The notes under the pieces are model-generated. The model searched no databases and was not told where the DNA came from. It saw only the letters and a program-made list of their open reading frames with translations. A program made the position numbers and the translations under genes. A DNA stretch of 32,000 bases from Tannockella kyphosi (GTDB lineage Bacteria > Bacillota_I > Bacilli_A > Erysipelotrichales > Coprobacillaceae): assembly GCF_021054785.1 (NCBI RefSeq), contig NZ_CP088239.1:240001-272000 (forward strand). Reading direction: 5' to 3'. Below are positions 9,264 through 17,036 of this stretch, one piece after another; positions within the stretch are counted from its first letter, which is position 1, and the number at the start of each line of letters is the position of its first letter.

Positions 9264-9287
9264 CAAGGAAGAATTCCTTGTTTTTTT
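9264..9287 (+). terminator. Intrinsic terminator after comFC
   Basis: Stem CAAGGAA (9264-9270) pairs with TTCCTTG (9274-9280), followed by T7. Confidence 0.7.
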
Positions 9288-9322
9288 GTAGGAAAAGGGT
9301 GTATTTTGAAAGTATTTGTAGT

Positions 9323-9350
9323 TTGAATTATGGTGAAAAAGTGATATAAT
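9323..9350 (+). promoter_or_regulatory. Sigma-A promoter of secA-prfB (TTGAAT-16-TGaTATAAT)
   Basis: -35 TTGAAT at 9323-9328 and an extended -10 TGATATAAT at 9342-9350, 32 nt before the secA ATG. Confidence 0.55.
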
Positions 9351-9381
9351 AAATTAGATTAAACCATGAAAGGAGTTAAGC

Positions 9382-12006
9382 ATGGCAAGCAGAAAAGAAG
9401 AAATTCGTAGAGAATTAAAGAAAAAAAGAGAGAAAGAATTAGAACAACAAGATACTTCCATTGTTGATTTACAAGATCAAGTGGGAGAAGATATTAAGGT
9501 AGAAGATTTTGAGGGGACTTATAGTAATGATGTAATTCCATTTAGTACTACTCCTCAAGTAGAGAAGAAAAGTTTTGTTTCTAAAATAAAAGGTGTTTTT
9601 GATGTAGAGCGTTCACAATTAAAAGAAATGAATACTTTAGCTGATGAGATAATTGCTTTAGAAAAAAAATATAGTGCAATGAATGATGAAACATTGAAAG
9701 AACAAACACAATTGTTTGTGGAACGTTTAGATAAAGGTGAAACATTAGATGATATTTTAGTTGAAGTTTTTGCAGTAGTTCGTGAAGCTGCATGGAGAAC
9801 ATTAGGACTAAAAGCTTTTAAAGTGCAATTAATTGGTGGTATTACTTTACATCGTGGTAATATTGCAGAAATGAAAACGGGAGAAGGGAAAACATTAACA
9901 TCCGTATTCCCAGTGTATTTAAATGCATTAACAAAACAAGGCGTTCATGTAGTAACTGTAAATGATTATTTAGCGTCTCGTGATAAAGAGTTAAATGGGC
10001 AAGTATTTGAATTCTTAGGATTAACGGTAGGATTAAATGCACGTGCATTATCTCCAGAACAAAAACAAGCAGCACATGGGAGTGATATTACTTATACTAC
10101 GAATGCTGAATTAGGGTTTGATTATTTACGTGATAACATGGTTCCTGTTAAAGAAGCAAAAGTATTAGTAAGAGGATTACATTATGCATTAGTAGATGAG
10201 GTCGATTCTATTTTAATTGATGAATCTCGTACACCATTAATTATTTCTGGTGGTAAGAAGAATACAGCTTCTTTATATGTTGCAGCTGATCGTTTTGTAA
10301 AAAGTTTACGTAAAGATGATGAATATGAAGTGGATATTGAGAGTAAAACAGCAGCTTTAACAGCTGATGGTATTACGAAAGCTGAAAAATCTTTTCATAT
10401 TGATAATTTATATGAGGTGGTACATACTTCTTTAGTGCATCATATTAACCAAGCATTAAAAGCTAACTATACAATGGCTAGAGATGTAGAATATATGGTT
10501 GCCACAGAAGATGGATCTAGAGATATTCGTAACGCAAAAGTAATGATCATTGATCAGTTTACGGGACGTGTTATGCCAGGTCGTCAATATTCTGATGGGT
10601 TACATCAAGCTATTGAAGCCAAAGAGGGAGTACCTATTAAAGAAGAAACAGAAACTCGTGCTACTATTACGTACCAAAACTTCTTTAGATTATTTGATAA
10701 GTTAGCAGGGATGACAGGTACTGCAAAAACAGAAGAAGAAGAGTTCCGTTTAATTTATAACATGCGTGTTATTGTTATTCCAACGAATCGTCCTGTTATC
10801 CGTGATGATAGAAATGATTTAGTATATGCTACTAAGGTTGCTAAATATAAAGCAATTTGTAATGAAGTTGAAAAACGTAATCATTATGGTCAACCTATTT
10901 TATTAGGGACTACTTCGGTAGAAACATCAGAAGTTTTATCAAAAATGTTAGATCGTCGTAAAATTAGACATAATGTATTAAATGCAAAAAACCATGCCAA
11001 AGAAGCAGAAATTATTGCAAGAGCTGGTCAACGCGGGGCAGTTACGATTGCAACTAATATGGCTGGTCGTGGTACCGATATTAAACTTGGACAAGGAGTT
11101 GCAGATTTAGGTGGATTAGCTGTTATTGGTTCTGAAAGACATGAATCTCGTCGTATTGATAACCAATTGCGTGGACGTTCTGGTCGTCAAGGAGATCCAG
11201 GATATTCTGTATTCTATGTTGCTTTTGATGATGAATTAATGCAACGTTTTGCTGGGGAACGTTTAGAGTCTTTTACTAGTTATTTAGGCGAAGAAGAAGC
11301 GATTGAAGCAAAGATTATTAGTAAAACAATAGAAAGTGCACAACGTCGTGTTGAAGGGCAAAACTTTGATTCACGTAAACATGTTTTAGAATATGATGAT
11401 GTAATGCGTCAACAAAGGGAAATCATGTATAAAGAACGTGATGATATTATGGACTTAGAAAACTTAGATGATATTATGAAAGGTTTCTTTGAACAGGCTT
11501 TAGAATTAACAATCCAACGTTTTATGGATGTTGATGATAAAGGAAATCAAAGCGTTAAAGTAGATGAGTTTTTACAAGAAGCTAGTAAATTATATATGTT
11601 AAGAGGATCTTTAGTTACGGATAACCAAGATGCTGTAGCATCAAATCCTAGTCTATTAATCAATAAAGTATCACAGGAATTATTTGATCATTATATTTCT
11701 AGATTTGATGATGAAGATCCAATGAAACGTGCAAAATTTGAACGTCGTGTTTTAATTGCAATTATTGATTATACATGGATTAATCATATTGATTCAATGG
11801 CTAAGTTACGTAATGGTATTTATTTACGTGCTTATGCACAAAAGAATCCGTTGGAAGAATATACACAAGAAGCTTTCCAAATGTTTGAACAAATGACAAA
11901 AGAAATTGCAAGAGGTATTTGTAGTAGTGTTGTTCGTCGTGGGATGAAACCTGGAAGTCAAGAAGAACAAGCTATTCCATTTGAGGAAATTAGGATAACA
12001 TTTTAA
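9382..12006 (+). CDS. secA: Preprotein translocase ATPase SecA, with a 64-aa N-terminal extension and no C-terminal zinc finger
   Basis: MKTGEGKTLTS, DEVDSILIDESRTPLIISG, MTGTAKTEEEEF and RGRSGRQGDPG motifs. RBS AAGGAG lies 6 nt upstream of the ATG at 9382. Confidence 0.95.
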   Translation: MASRKEEIRRELKKKREKELEQQDTSIVDLQDQVGEDIKVEDFEGTYSNDVIPFSTTPQVEKKSFVSKIKGVFDVERSQLKEMNTLADEIIALEKKYSAMNDETLKEQTQLFVERLDKGETLDDILVEVFAVVREAAWRTLGLKAFKVQLIGGITLHRGNIAEMKTGEGKTLTSVFPVYLNALTKQGVHVVTVNDYLASRDKELNGQVFEFLGLTVGLNARALSPEQKQAAHGSDITYTTNAELGFDYLRDNMVPVKEAKVLVRGLHYALVDEVDSILIDESRTPLIISGGKKNTASLYVAADRFVKSLRKDDEYEVDIESKTAALTADGITKAEKSFHIDNLYEVVHTSLVHHINQALKANYTMARDVEYMVATEDGSRDIRNAKVMIIDQFTGRVMPGRQYSDGLHQAIEAKEGVPIKEETETRATITYQNFFRLFDKLAGMTGTAKTEEEEFRLIYNMRVIVIPTNRPVIRDDRNDLVYATKVAKYKAICNEVEKRNHYGQPILLGTTSVETSEVLSKMLDRRKIRHNVLNAKNHAKEAEIIARAGQRGAVTIATNMAGRGTDIKLGQGVADLGGLAVIGSERHESRRIDNQLRGRSGRQGDPGYSVFYVAFDDELMQRFAGERLESFTSYLGEEEAIEAKIISKTIESAQRRVEGQNFDSRKHVLEYDDVMRQQREIMYKERDDIMDLENLDDIMKGFFEQALELTIQRFMDVDDKGNQSVKVDEFLQEASKLYMLRGSLVTDNQDAVASNPSLLINKVSQELFDHYISRFDDEDPMKRAKFERRVLIAIIDYTWINHIDSMAKLRNGIYLRAYAQKNPLEEYTQEAFQMFEQMTKEIARGICSSVVRRGMKPGSQEEQAIPFEEIRITF

Positions 12007-13109
12007 TGGAGTTATATGAAATAAAAAATGGGCTTGAAAAAGCCCATTTATTACTCACTGAATATTTTGAGACTTGTGATATACCAGGGTATCGTCGAGA
12101 AGTAGAGGGTTTAGAAATGCAAACAATGGAAACTTCTTTTTGGAATGATCCAACGAATGCAAAGATTATTGTGGGTAAGTTAAATGAAATGAAAAAAGTA
12201 GTGGATGGATATGATCGATTACAATCATTATATGAATCAATGCAAGAAACATATGGTTTAGTAAAAGAAAGTGGAGATAGTGATTTTCAAGTTATTTTAG
12301 AAAGTGATTACCAAGAGTTTCAAACTTTGTTTGATACTTTTGAAAAACAAATGTTATTATCTCAACAATATGATCATATGTCTGCTATTATTGAAATTCA
12401 TCCAGGAGCTGGTGGAACAGAAAGCCAAGATTGGGCGGAAATGTTAATGCGTATGTATCAAAGATATGCTGATAAAAAAGACTATACGATAGAGGTATTA
12501 GATTACTTAGCTGGAGATGGAGCAGGTTTAAAATCTGTCACTATCGCAATAGAGGGTTATAATGCTTATGGTCATTTAAGAGCAGAAAAAGGAGTTCATC
12601 GTCTAGTCCGTATTTCTCCGTTTGATTCTGCAAAAAGACGTCATACTTCTTTTGCGTCTGTAGATGTTATGCCACAATTAGATCAAACAATAGAATTAGA
12701 TCTTAAGAGTGAAGATATTGATGTGGATACATATCGTTCAAGTGGGGCTGGAGGACAACATGTCAATACAACAGATTCTGCTGTTCGTTTAACACATCGA
12801 CCAACTGGAGTAGTAGTTACTTGTCAAAACCAACGTAGTCAAATTAAAAATAGAGAAGCTGCAATGGTGATGTTAAAAAGTAAAATCTATCAATTGATGT
12901 TAGAACAGCAAGCAAAAGATTTAAAAGAGATTAAAGGAGAACAAAAAGATATCGCTTGGGGTTCTCAAATAAGAAGTTATGTTATGCATCCATATTCTTT
13001 GGTGAAAGATAGCCGTAGTGGTTATGAATCAAATAATCCTAAGGATATATTGGATGGGAATTTAGATGGTTTTGTTTATGCTTATTTAAAAGCAAACCAC
13101 AAAGGTTAA
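12006..13109 (+). CDS. prfB: Peptide chain release factor 2, a single uninterrupted frame with no programmed +1 frameshift
   Basis: The N-terminus MELYEIKNGLE aligns with Bacillus RF2 (MELSEIRAELE) as recalled. SPF (RISPFDS) and GGQ (SGAGGQHVN) motifs are present. Its start overlaps the secA stop (TAATG). Confidence 0.95.
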   Translation: MELYEIKNGLEKAHLLLTEYFETCDIPGYRREVEGLEMQTMETSFWNDPTNAKIIVGKLNEMKKVVDGYDRLQSLYESMQETYGLVKESGDSDFQVILESDYQEFQTLFDTFEKQMLLSQQYDHMSAIIEIHPGAGGTESQDWAEMLMRMYQRYADKKDYTIEVLDYLAGDGAGLKSVTIAIEGYNAYGHLRAEKGVHRLVRISPFDSAKRRHTSFASVDVMPQLDQTIELDLKSEDIDVDTYRSSGAGGQHVNTTDSAVRLTHRPTGVVVTCQNQRSQIKNREAAMVMLKSKIYQLMLEQQAKDLKEIKGEQKDIAWGSQIRSYVMHPYSLVKDSRSGYESNNPKDILDGNLDGFVYAYLKANHKG

Positions 13110-13119
13110 AGGAGAGTAC

Positions 13120-13968
13120 ATGCAGTCGATTAGAAAAACATTTGTTATTATTATTGGTAACTTTATTTTAGCGTTAGGAGTAATGGGGTTTATTATTCCT
13201 TCTGGAATTATTACTGGTGGAGTTACTGGTATTGCTTTAGTGTGCCAACATTTTTTTGGTACTTCTATTTCATTGGTTGTTTACTTAGTAAATGGATTAA
13301 TGTTTATATTGGGATATTCTATTTTAGGGAAAAAATTTGCTTTAGGAACATTATTAAGTACACTTATTTATCCATTCTTTTTGATGGTTTTAGGAAATGT
13401 AGAGTTTTTTAATACCATGACAAGTGACCTGTTACTGTCTGCTATTTATGCAGGGTTATTAATTGGTTTAGGGATGGGTCTCGTGTTACGAGAGGGTGCT
13501 AGTACTGGAGGGATGGATATTCCACCATTAATTCTTAATCGATTTACAGGAATTTCAGTAGCTATTTTTATAAATATTGTAGATGTTGTTATTTTGAGTG
13601 GACAAACTTTCTTTTCAACGATTGAACAAATATTGTATGGGATATTGGTTGTTATTATAACAACGGTAGTTATTGATCGTATTATGTTGTTAGGAGAAGA
13701 AAGCTTACAGGTTACTATTATTTCAAAAGAAGCACAGGCTATTAGAGATGAGATATTTAATCGTCTTGATCGTGGTTGTACTTTTTTAAATGTGACAACG
13801 GGATATCATCAACATCAACAATTAGCGGTAATGGTTGTTTTGAATAAACGTGAACTTAGAGCACTTAATGAACTATCTTTAGAAATAGATCCAGATGCAT
13901 TTATTATTATTAATGAAACACATAGTGTGAAGGGAAGAGGTTTTACACTTCCTTCTGTAGATGAATAA
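13120..13968 (+). CDS. YitT-family membrane protein (DUF2179 C-terminal domain)
   Basis: Polytopic N-terminal region with GG(V/I)TG repeats and a soluble C-terminal domain (..VTIISKEA..I..EI......GCTFLNVTTGY) typical of YitT/DUF2179. RBS AAAGGAGAG. Confidence 0.8.
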   Translation: MQSIRKTFVIIIGNFILALGVMGFIIPSGIITGGVTGIALVCQHFFGTSISLVVYLVNGLMFILGYSILGKKFALGTLLSTLIYPFFLMVLGNVEFFNTMTSDLLLSAIYAGLLIGLGMGLVLREGASTGGMDIPPLILNRFTGISVAIFINIVDVVILSGQTFFSTIEQILYGILVVIITTVVIDRIMLLGEESLQVTIISKEAQAIRDEIFNRLDRGCTFLNVTTGYHQHQQLAVMVVLNKRELRALNELSLEIDPDAFIIINETHSVKGRGFTLPSVDE

Positions 13969-14082
13969 AACATGGTAGGTACTTTGTAAAAAGTGTTCAT
14001 CACCCATTTTAAGAGGAAAGTTTGAAATTGACTTTTAGAAATAACAACTCGATTTTTTGTGATAAATCCCATGATAATTGTA

Positions 14083-14110
14083 TTTATACTAGTTAGATTT
14101 ATGTTATAAT
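14083..14110 (+). promoter_or_regulatory. Candidate ftsEX promoter (TTTATA-16-TGtTATAAT)
   Basis: Extended -10 TGTTATAAT at 14102-14110, 19 nt before the ftsE ATG, with a weak -35. Confidence 0.4.
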
Positions 14111-14128
14111 AATTTCAGGAGTGAGAAA

Positions 14129-14827
14129 ATGATAAAATTAGAAAATGTAACAAAAGTATATAGTACAGGTGTACGTGCTTTAAATAATATGAACTTGAAT
14201 ATTGCACCGGGAGAGTTTGTATACGTTATTGGAACAACAGGTGCAGGGAAATCTACTTTTATAAAGTTATTATATCGTGAAGAAAAAGCAACATCTGGTT
14301 ATGTAGAAGTTGCAGGTCGTGAGGTATCAAAAATCAGAAATAGCAAAGTGCCATATTTTAGAAGAAATATTGGGATTGTTTTTCAAAACTTCCGTCTTTT
14401 ACCTAAAAAGACAGTTTTTGAAAATGTTGCCTTTGCCTTAGAAGTAATCGATCGTCCTCGTGAAGAAATTCGTCGTGAAGTTCGTAAAACATTACAATTA
14501 GTAGGTTTAGAAGAAAAAGTAAATAGTTTTCCTCATGAATTAAGTGGGGGACAACAACAACGTGTTGCTATTGCTAGAGCAATAGTAAATCATCCTAAAG
14601 TATTAATTGCAGATGAACCGACAGGGAATTTAGATCCTGATACATCAAAAGAAATTATTAATTTATTAGAAAAAATCAATGAGCAACAAGGAACAACAGT
14701 ATTGGTTGTTACTCATGACCGTGAGGTTGTTCAAAGCCATAAAAAACGTACGATCTTAATTGATAATGGTTGTGTGGCAAGTGATACAAGCTTAGGAGGG
14801 TATTCGTCAAATGAAGGAACTAATTAG
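14129..14827 (+). CDS. ftsE: Cell-division ABC ATPase FtsE
   Basis: Walker A GTTGAGKST, signature LSGGQQQRV, Walker B LIADEPTGNLD. It is followed by an overlapping ftsX. Confidence 0.9.
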   Translation: MIKLENVTKVYSTGVRALNNMNLNIAPGEFVYVIGTTGAGKSTFIKLLYREEKATSGYVEVAGREVSKIRNSKVPYFRRNIGIVFQNFRLLPKKTVFENVAFALEVIDRPREEIRREVRKTLQLVGLEEKVNSFPHELSGGQQQRVAIARAIVNHPKVLIADEPTGNLDPDTSKEIINLLEKINEQQGTTVLVVTHDREVVQSHKKRTILIDNGCVASDTSLGGYSSNEGTN

Positions 14828-15719
14828 TTGTATAAGAAATCTTCCTAAACATTTTATAACAGCAGTGCAAAATTTGTGGAGAAATGGGGTTATGTCCTTT
14901 TCATCTATATTTGCAGTAATGATTACTTTAGTATTAATTGGTTCTATTGGAATCTTAGCTTTAAATGTACAACATATTACCGTTACGGTAGAAGATAGCG
15001 TTCGTGTTTATGTTAAATTAGAACGTGAATTAGAGTCAAGTGATGAAGTAGCAATTGGTGTTTTAATTAATGAAATGGATAATGTAGCTTCTGCTACTTA
15101 TTATACTCGTGATGAAGAGTTAACAAAGTTAATTGAAAACTATGAAGATGGTGCAGAATTATTTGAATCTTATCGTGATGATAACCCATTAGGGGCTGCT
15201 TATGATGTGGAAGTAACAGATGCTAGCTATATAGATAGTGTGGCACAAGAAATAGAAGAAATTGTAGGTGTTAGTTCTACTACTTATGGAGGAGAATCTA
15301 CAAATAACTTAATTGATACAATGGAATATGTTCGTACTGGAGGTACAATATTTATTGTTGGTTTAGTCTTAATAGCAATGTTATTAATATCAAACACAAT
15401 TAAGATTACAATTACTACAAGACAAACAGAAATTTCTATTATGCGTATGGTAGGAGCTAGTAACTGGTATATTCGTTTACCATTTATGTTAGAAGGAATG
15501 TTAATAGGTTTATTAGGATCTATTATTCCAATCTTGTTTGTTGTTTATGGATATACATTTATGTATGATGCTTTTGCAGGAATGATATCAGGTAATATTA
15601 TTACACTTTTAGAACCGATGCCTTTTGTTGTTGATTTTTCATGCTTGTTAGCACTTTTAGGAGCAGGAGTAGGGTTTATAGGAAGTTTAGTTTCTATACG
15701 TAAGTTTTTAAAATTTTAG
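14811..15719 (+). CDS. ftsX: Cell-division ABC permease-like protein FtsX
   Basis: One N-terminal TM helix, an extracellular domain and three C-terminal TM helices, with a MRMVGASNWYIR motif. It overlaps ftsE by 17 nt. RBS AGGAGGG. Confidence 0.85.
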   Translation: MKELISCIRNLPKHFITAVQNLWRNGVMSFSSIFAVMITLVLIGSIGILALNVQHITVTVEDSVRVYVKLERELESSDEVAIGVLINEMDNVASATYYTRDEELTKLIENYEDGAELFESYRDDNPLGAAYDVEVTDASYIDSVAQEIEEIVGVSSTTYGGESTNNLIDTMEYVRTGGTIFIVGLVLIAMLLISNTIKITITTRQTEISIMRMVGASNWYIRLPFMLEGMLIGLLGSIIPILFVVYGYTFMYDAFAGMISGNIITLLEPMPFVVDFSCLLALLGAGVGFIGSLVSIRKFLKF

Positions 15720-15741
15720 TAAGCCTATGGCTTACTTTTTT
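15718..15741 (+). terminator. Intrinsic terminator after ftsX
   Basis: Stem AGTAAGCC pairs with GGCTTACT around loop TAT, followed by T6. Confidence 0.7.
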
Positions 15742-15748
15742 AACTTTA

Positions 15749-15757
15749 TGGTATACT
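15749..15757 (+). promoter_or_regulatory. Extended -10 element TGGTATACT upstream of the PgsA-like gene
   Basis: TGnTATACT lies 20 nt before the ATG at 15777, implying a very short leader. Pattern only. Confidence 0.3.
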
Positions 15758-15776
15758 TAAAAAAGGATGGGATGTT

Positions 15777-16343
15777 ATGAAAAGAAAAAACAATTTATGG
15801 AATATTCCAAATATATTATGCTTCTTTCGTATTGCATTAATACCTTGCTTTTTCTATGTTTATTTTACATTAGATAATTCGTTACTAGCAACAATGATTC
15901 TCATTGTATCAGGGGTTAGTGATTTTTTAGATGGTTTTATTGCAAGAAAATTTGATATGATTACTGATTTCGGGAAGTTAATAGATCCGATTGCAGATAA
16001 GCTAACACAAATATGTGTTGCTATTGCATTGATGTTTCATTATCCGTTAATTTGGATAGTGATTGCTATTTTGATTATAAAGGATGGGATGTTAACATTA
16101 GTAGGTTTATATTTATGTCAGTTTGGTCAAAAAATAAATGGTGCAAAAATGTATGGTAAAATAGCAACTTTTTATTTCTATGCTGTGATTATTGTGTTAG
16201 TAGCTTTTGATTTATCAAAAACAATAATAGCTTTATTTTTAATTGTTTCTAGCTTTTTATTAATGTTGAATGCTTTTTTATGTTATGCAAAACAGTTATA
16301 TACATTAGATTTGGAAATTAGGGAGAAAAAAGAGAATGGATAG
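15777..16343 (+). CDS. CDP-alcohol phosphatidyltransferase family protein (PgsA-like)
   Basis: Signature D-G-x2-A-R-x8-G-x3-D-x3-D is present as DGFIARKFDMITDFGKLIDPIADK. N-terminal NIPNILCFFRIALIP. About 5-6 TM segments. Confidence 0.8.
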   Translation: MKRKNNLWNIPNILCFFRIALIPCFFYVYFTLDNSLLATMILIVSGVSDFLDGFIARKFDMITDFGKLIDPIADKLTQICVAIALMFHYPLIWIVIAILIIKDGMLTLVGLYLCQFGQKINGAKMYGKIATFYFYAVIIVLVAFDLSKTIIALFLIVSSFLLMLNAFLCYAKQLYTLDLEIREKKENG

Positions 16344-16722
16344 AAGAAAGATTAAAGCTACTAGTTATCATGATTTCTTAACTGGATATATTAAGTTGGT
16401 AGAAAATTTATTAGATTGTTGTGAAAATAAGATTCAAGAGGGAATTGAAAACGAAGGAGCCCAAGCGTATCGGGACTTTATTGATGCTGTATATGATTTT
16501 GAAATATCGTTAGCGTCCTTATGTTTGGTATTAAGGAAAATGGATGAAAATAATTTCATCCATTTAACACAACAAATTCGCTATGATGTAAATAGCTTAA
16601 TACATTCTAATCGTTTCCGTTTTTTAAGTAAATATTCTTTAGAAGTATATTCTAAAAGAGGAAAAGAAATAGTTGACTTACAAGCACTATTAAAGTATGC
16701 AAAACAATGTAACTTACAATAA
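16336..16722 (+). CDS. Hypothetical helical protein, translationally coupled to the PgsA-like gene
   Basis: The ATG overlaps the upstream stop by 8 nt (ATGGATAG). A strong terminator follows immediately. No family recognised. Confidence 0.55.
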   Translation: MDRRKIKATSYHDFLTGYIKLVENLLDCCENKIQEGIENEGAQAYRDFIDAVYDFEISLASLCLVLRKMDENNFIHLTQQIRYDVNSLIHSNRFRFLSKYSLEVYSKRGKEIVDLQALLKYAKQCNLQ

Positions 16723-16736
16723 GTTACATTGTTTTT
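16701..16736 (+). terminator. Strong intrinsic terminator
   Basis: 11-bp stem CAATGTAACTT (16705-16715) pairs with AAGTTACATTG (16721-16731), flanked by A4 and T5 runs. Confidence 0.8.
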
Positions 16737-16778
16737 ATTATTGTTTGTTTATAGTGAAACTAGGAGGATAGTCATAAA

Positions 16779-16937
16779 ATGAAAAAACAATTAGGGAAGA
16801 TTCTTATTGTTATTGGAATTGTTTTAACAATGGATAGAACACAGGAATTTAAAGGTGTTTTAGAACAAATTACTTTTTATTTAGAACAGTATTGGACTTT
16901 TTTTATCTTTCTTTTAGGTCTTTATTTATTAACTAGT
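16779..16937 (+). CDS. Possible 52-aa small membrane protein (below the ORF-track cutoff)
   Basis: RBS TAGGAGGA (16761-16768) lies 10 nt before the ATG. My hand translation is MKKQLGKILIVIGIVLTMDRTQEFKGVLEQITFYLEQYWTFFIFLLGPLFIN, with two hydrophobic segments and a TAG stop. Confidence 0.3.
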
Positions 16938-16985
16938 CCTGAGCGAAAAAGGAAGTAGAAATTATGGCAAGAGATATCATTTTGT

Positions 16986-17013
16986 TTGAAATTTACCTAA
17001 AAAAGAGTATAAT
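16986..17013 (+). promoter_or_regulatory. Candidate gpmI promoter (TTGAAA-16-TATAAT)
   Basis: -35 TTGAAA at 16986-16991 and -10 TATAAT at 17008-17013, followed by RBS GGAGGA at 17025-17030. Confidence 0.5.
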
Positions 17014-17036
17014 AATGAGGTAACGGAGGAAATAAC

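Noticed and set aside
13969-14082. The 160-bp yitT-ftsE spacer, checked for a terminator or small gene (TTGACT at 14027-14032 looks like a -35).
   Set aside because: It has no stable stem followed by a T-run, no -10 at the proper spacing from TTGACT, and only trivial ORFs of 12 codons or fewer without an SD.
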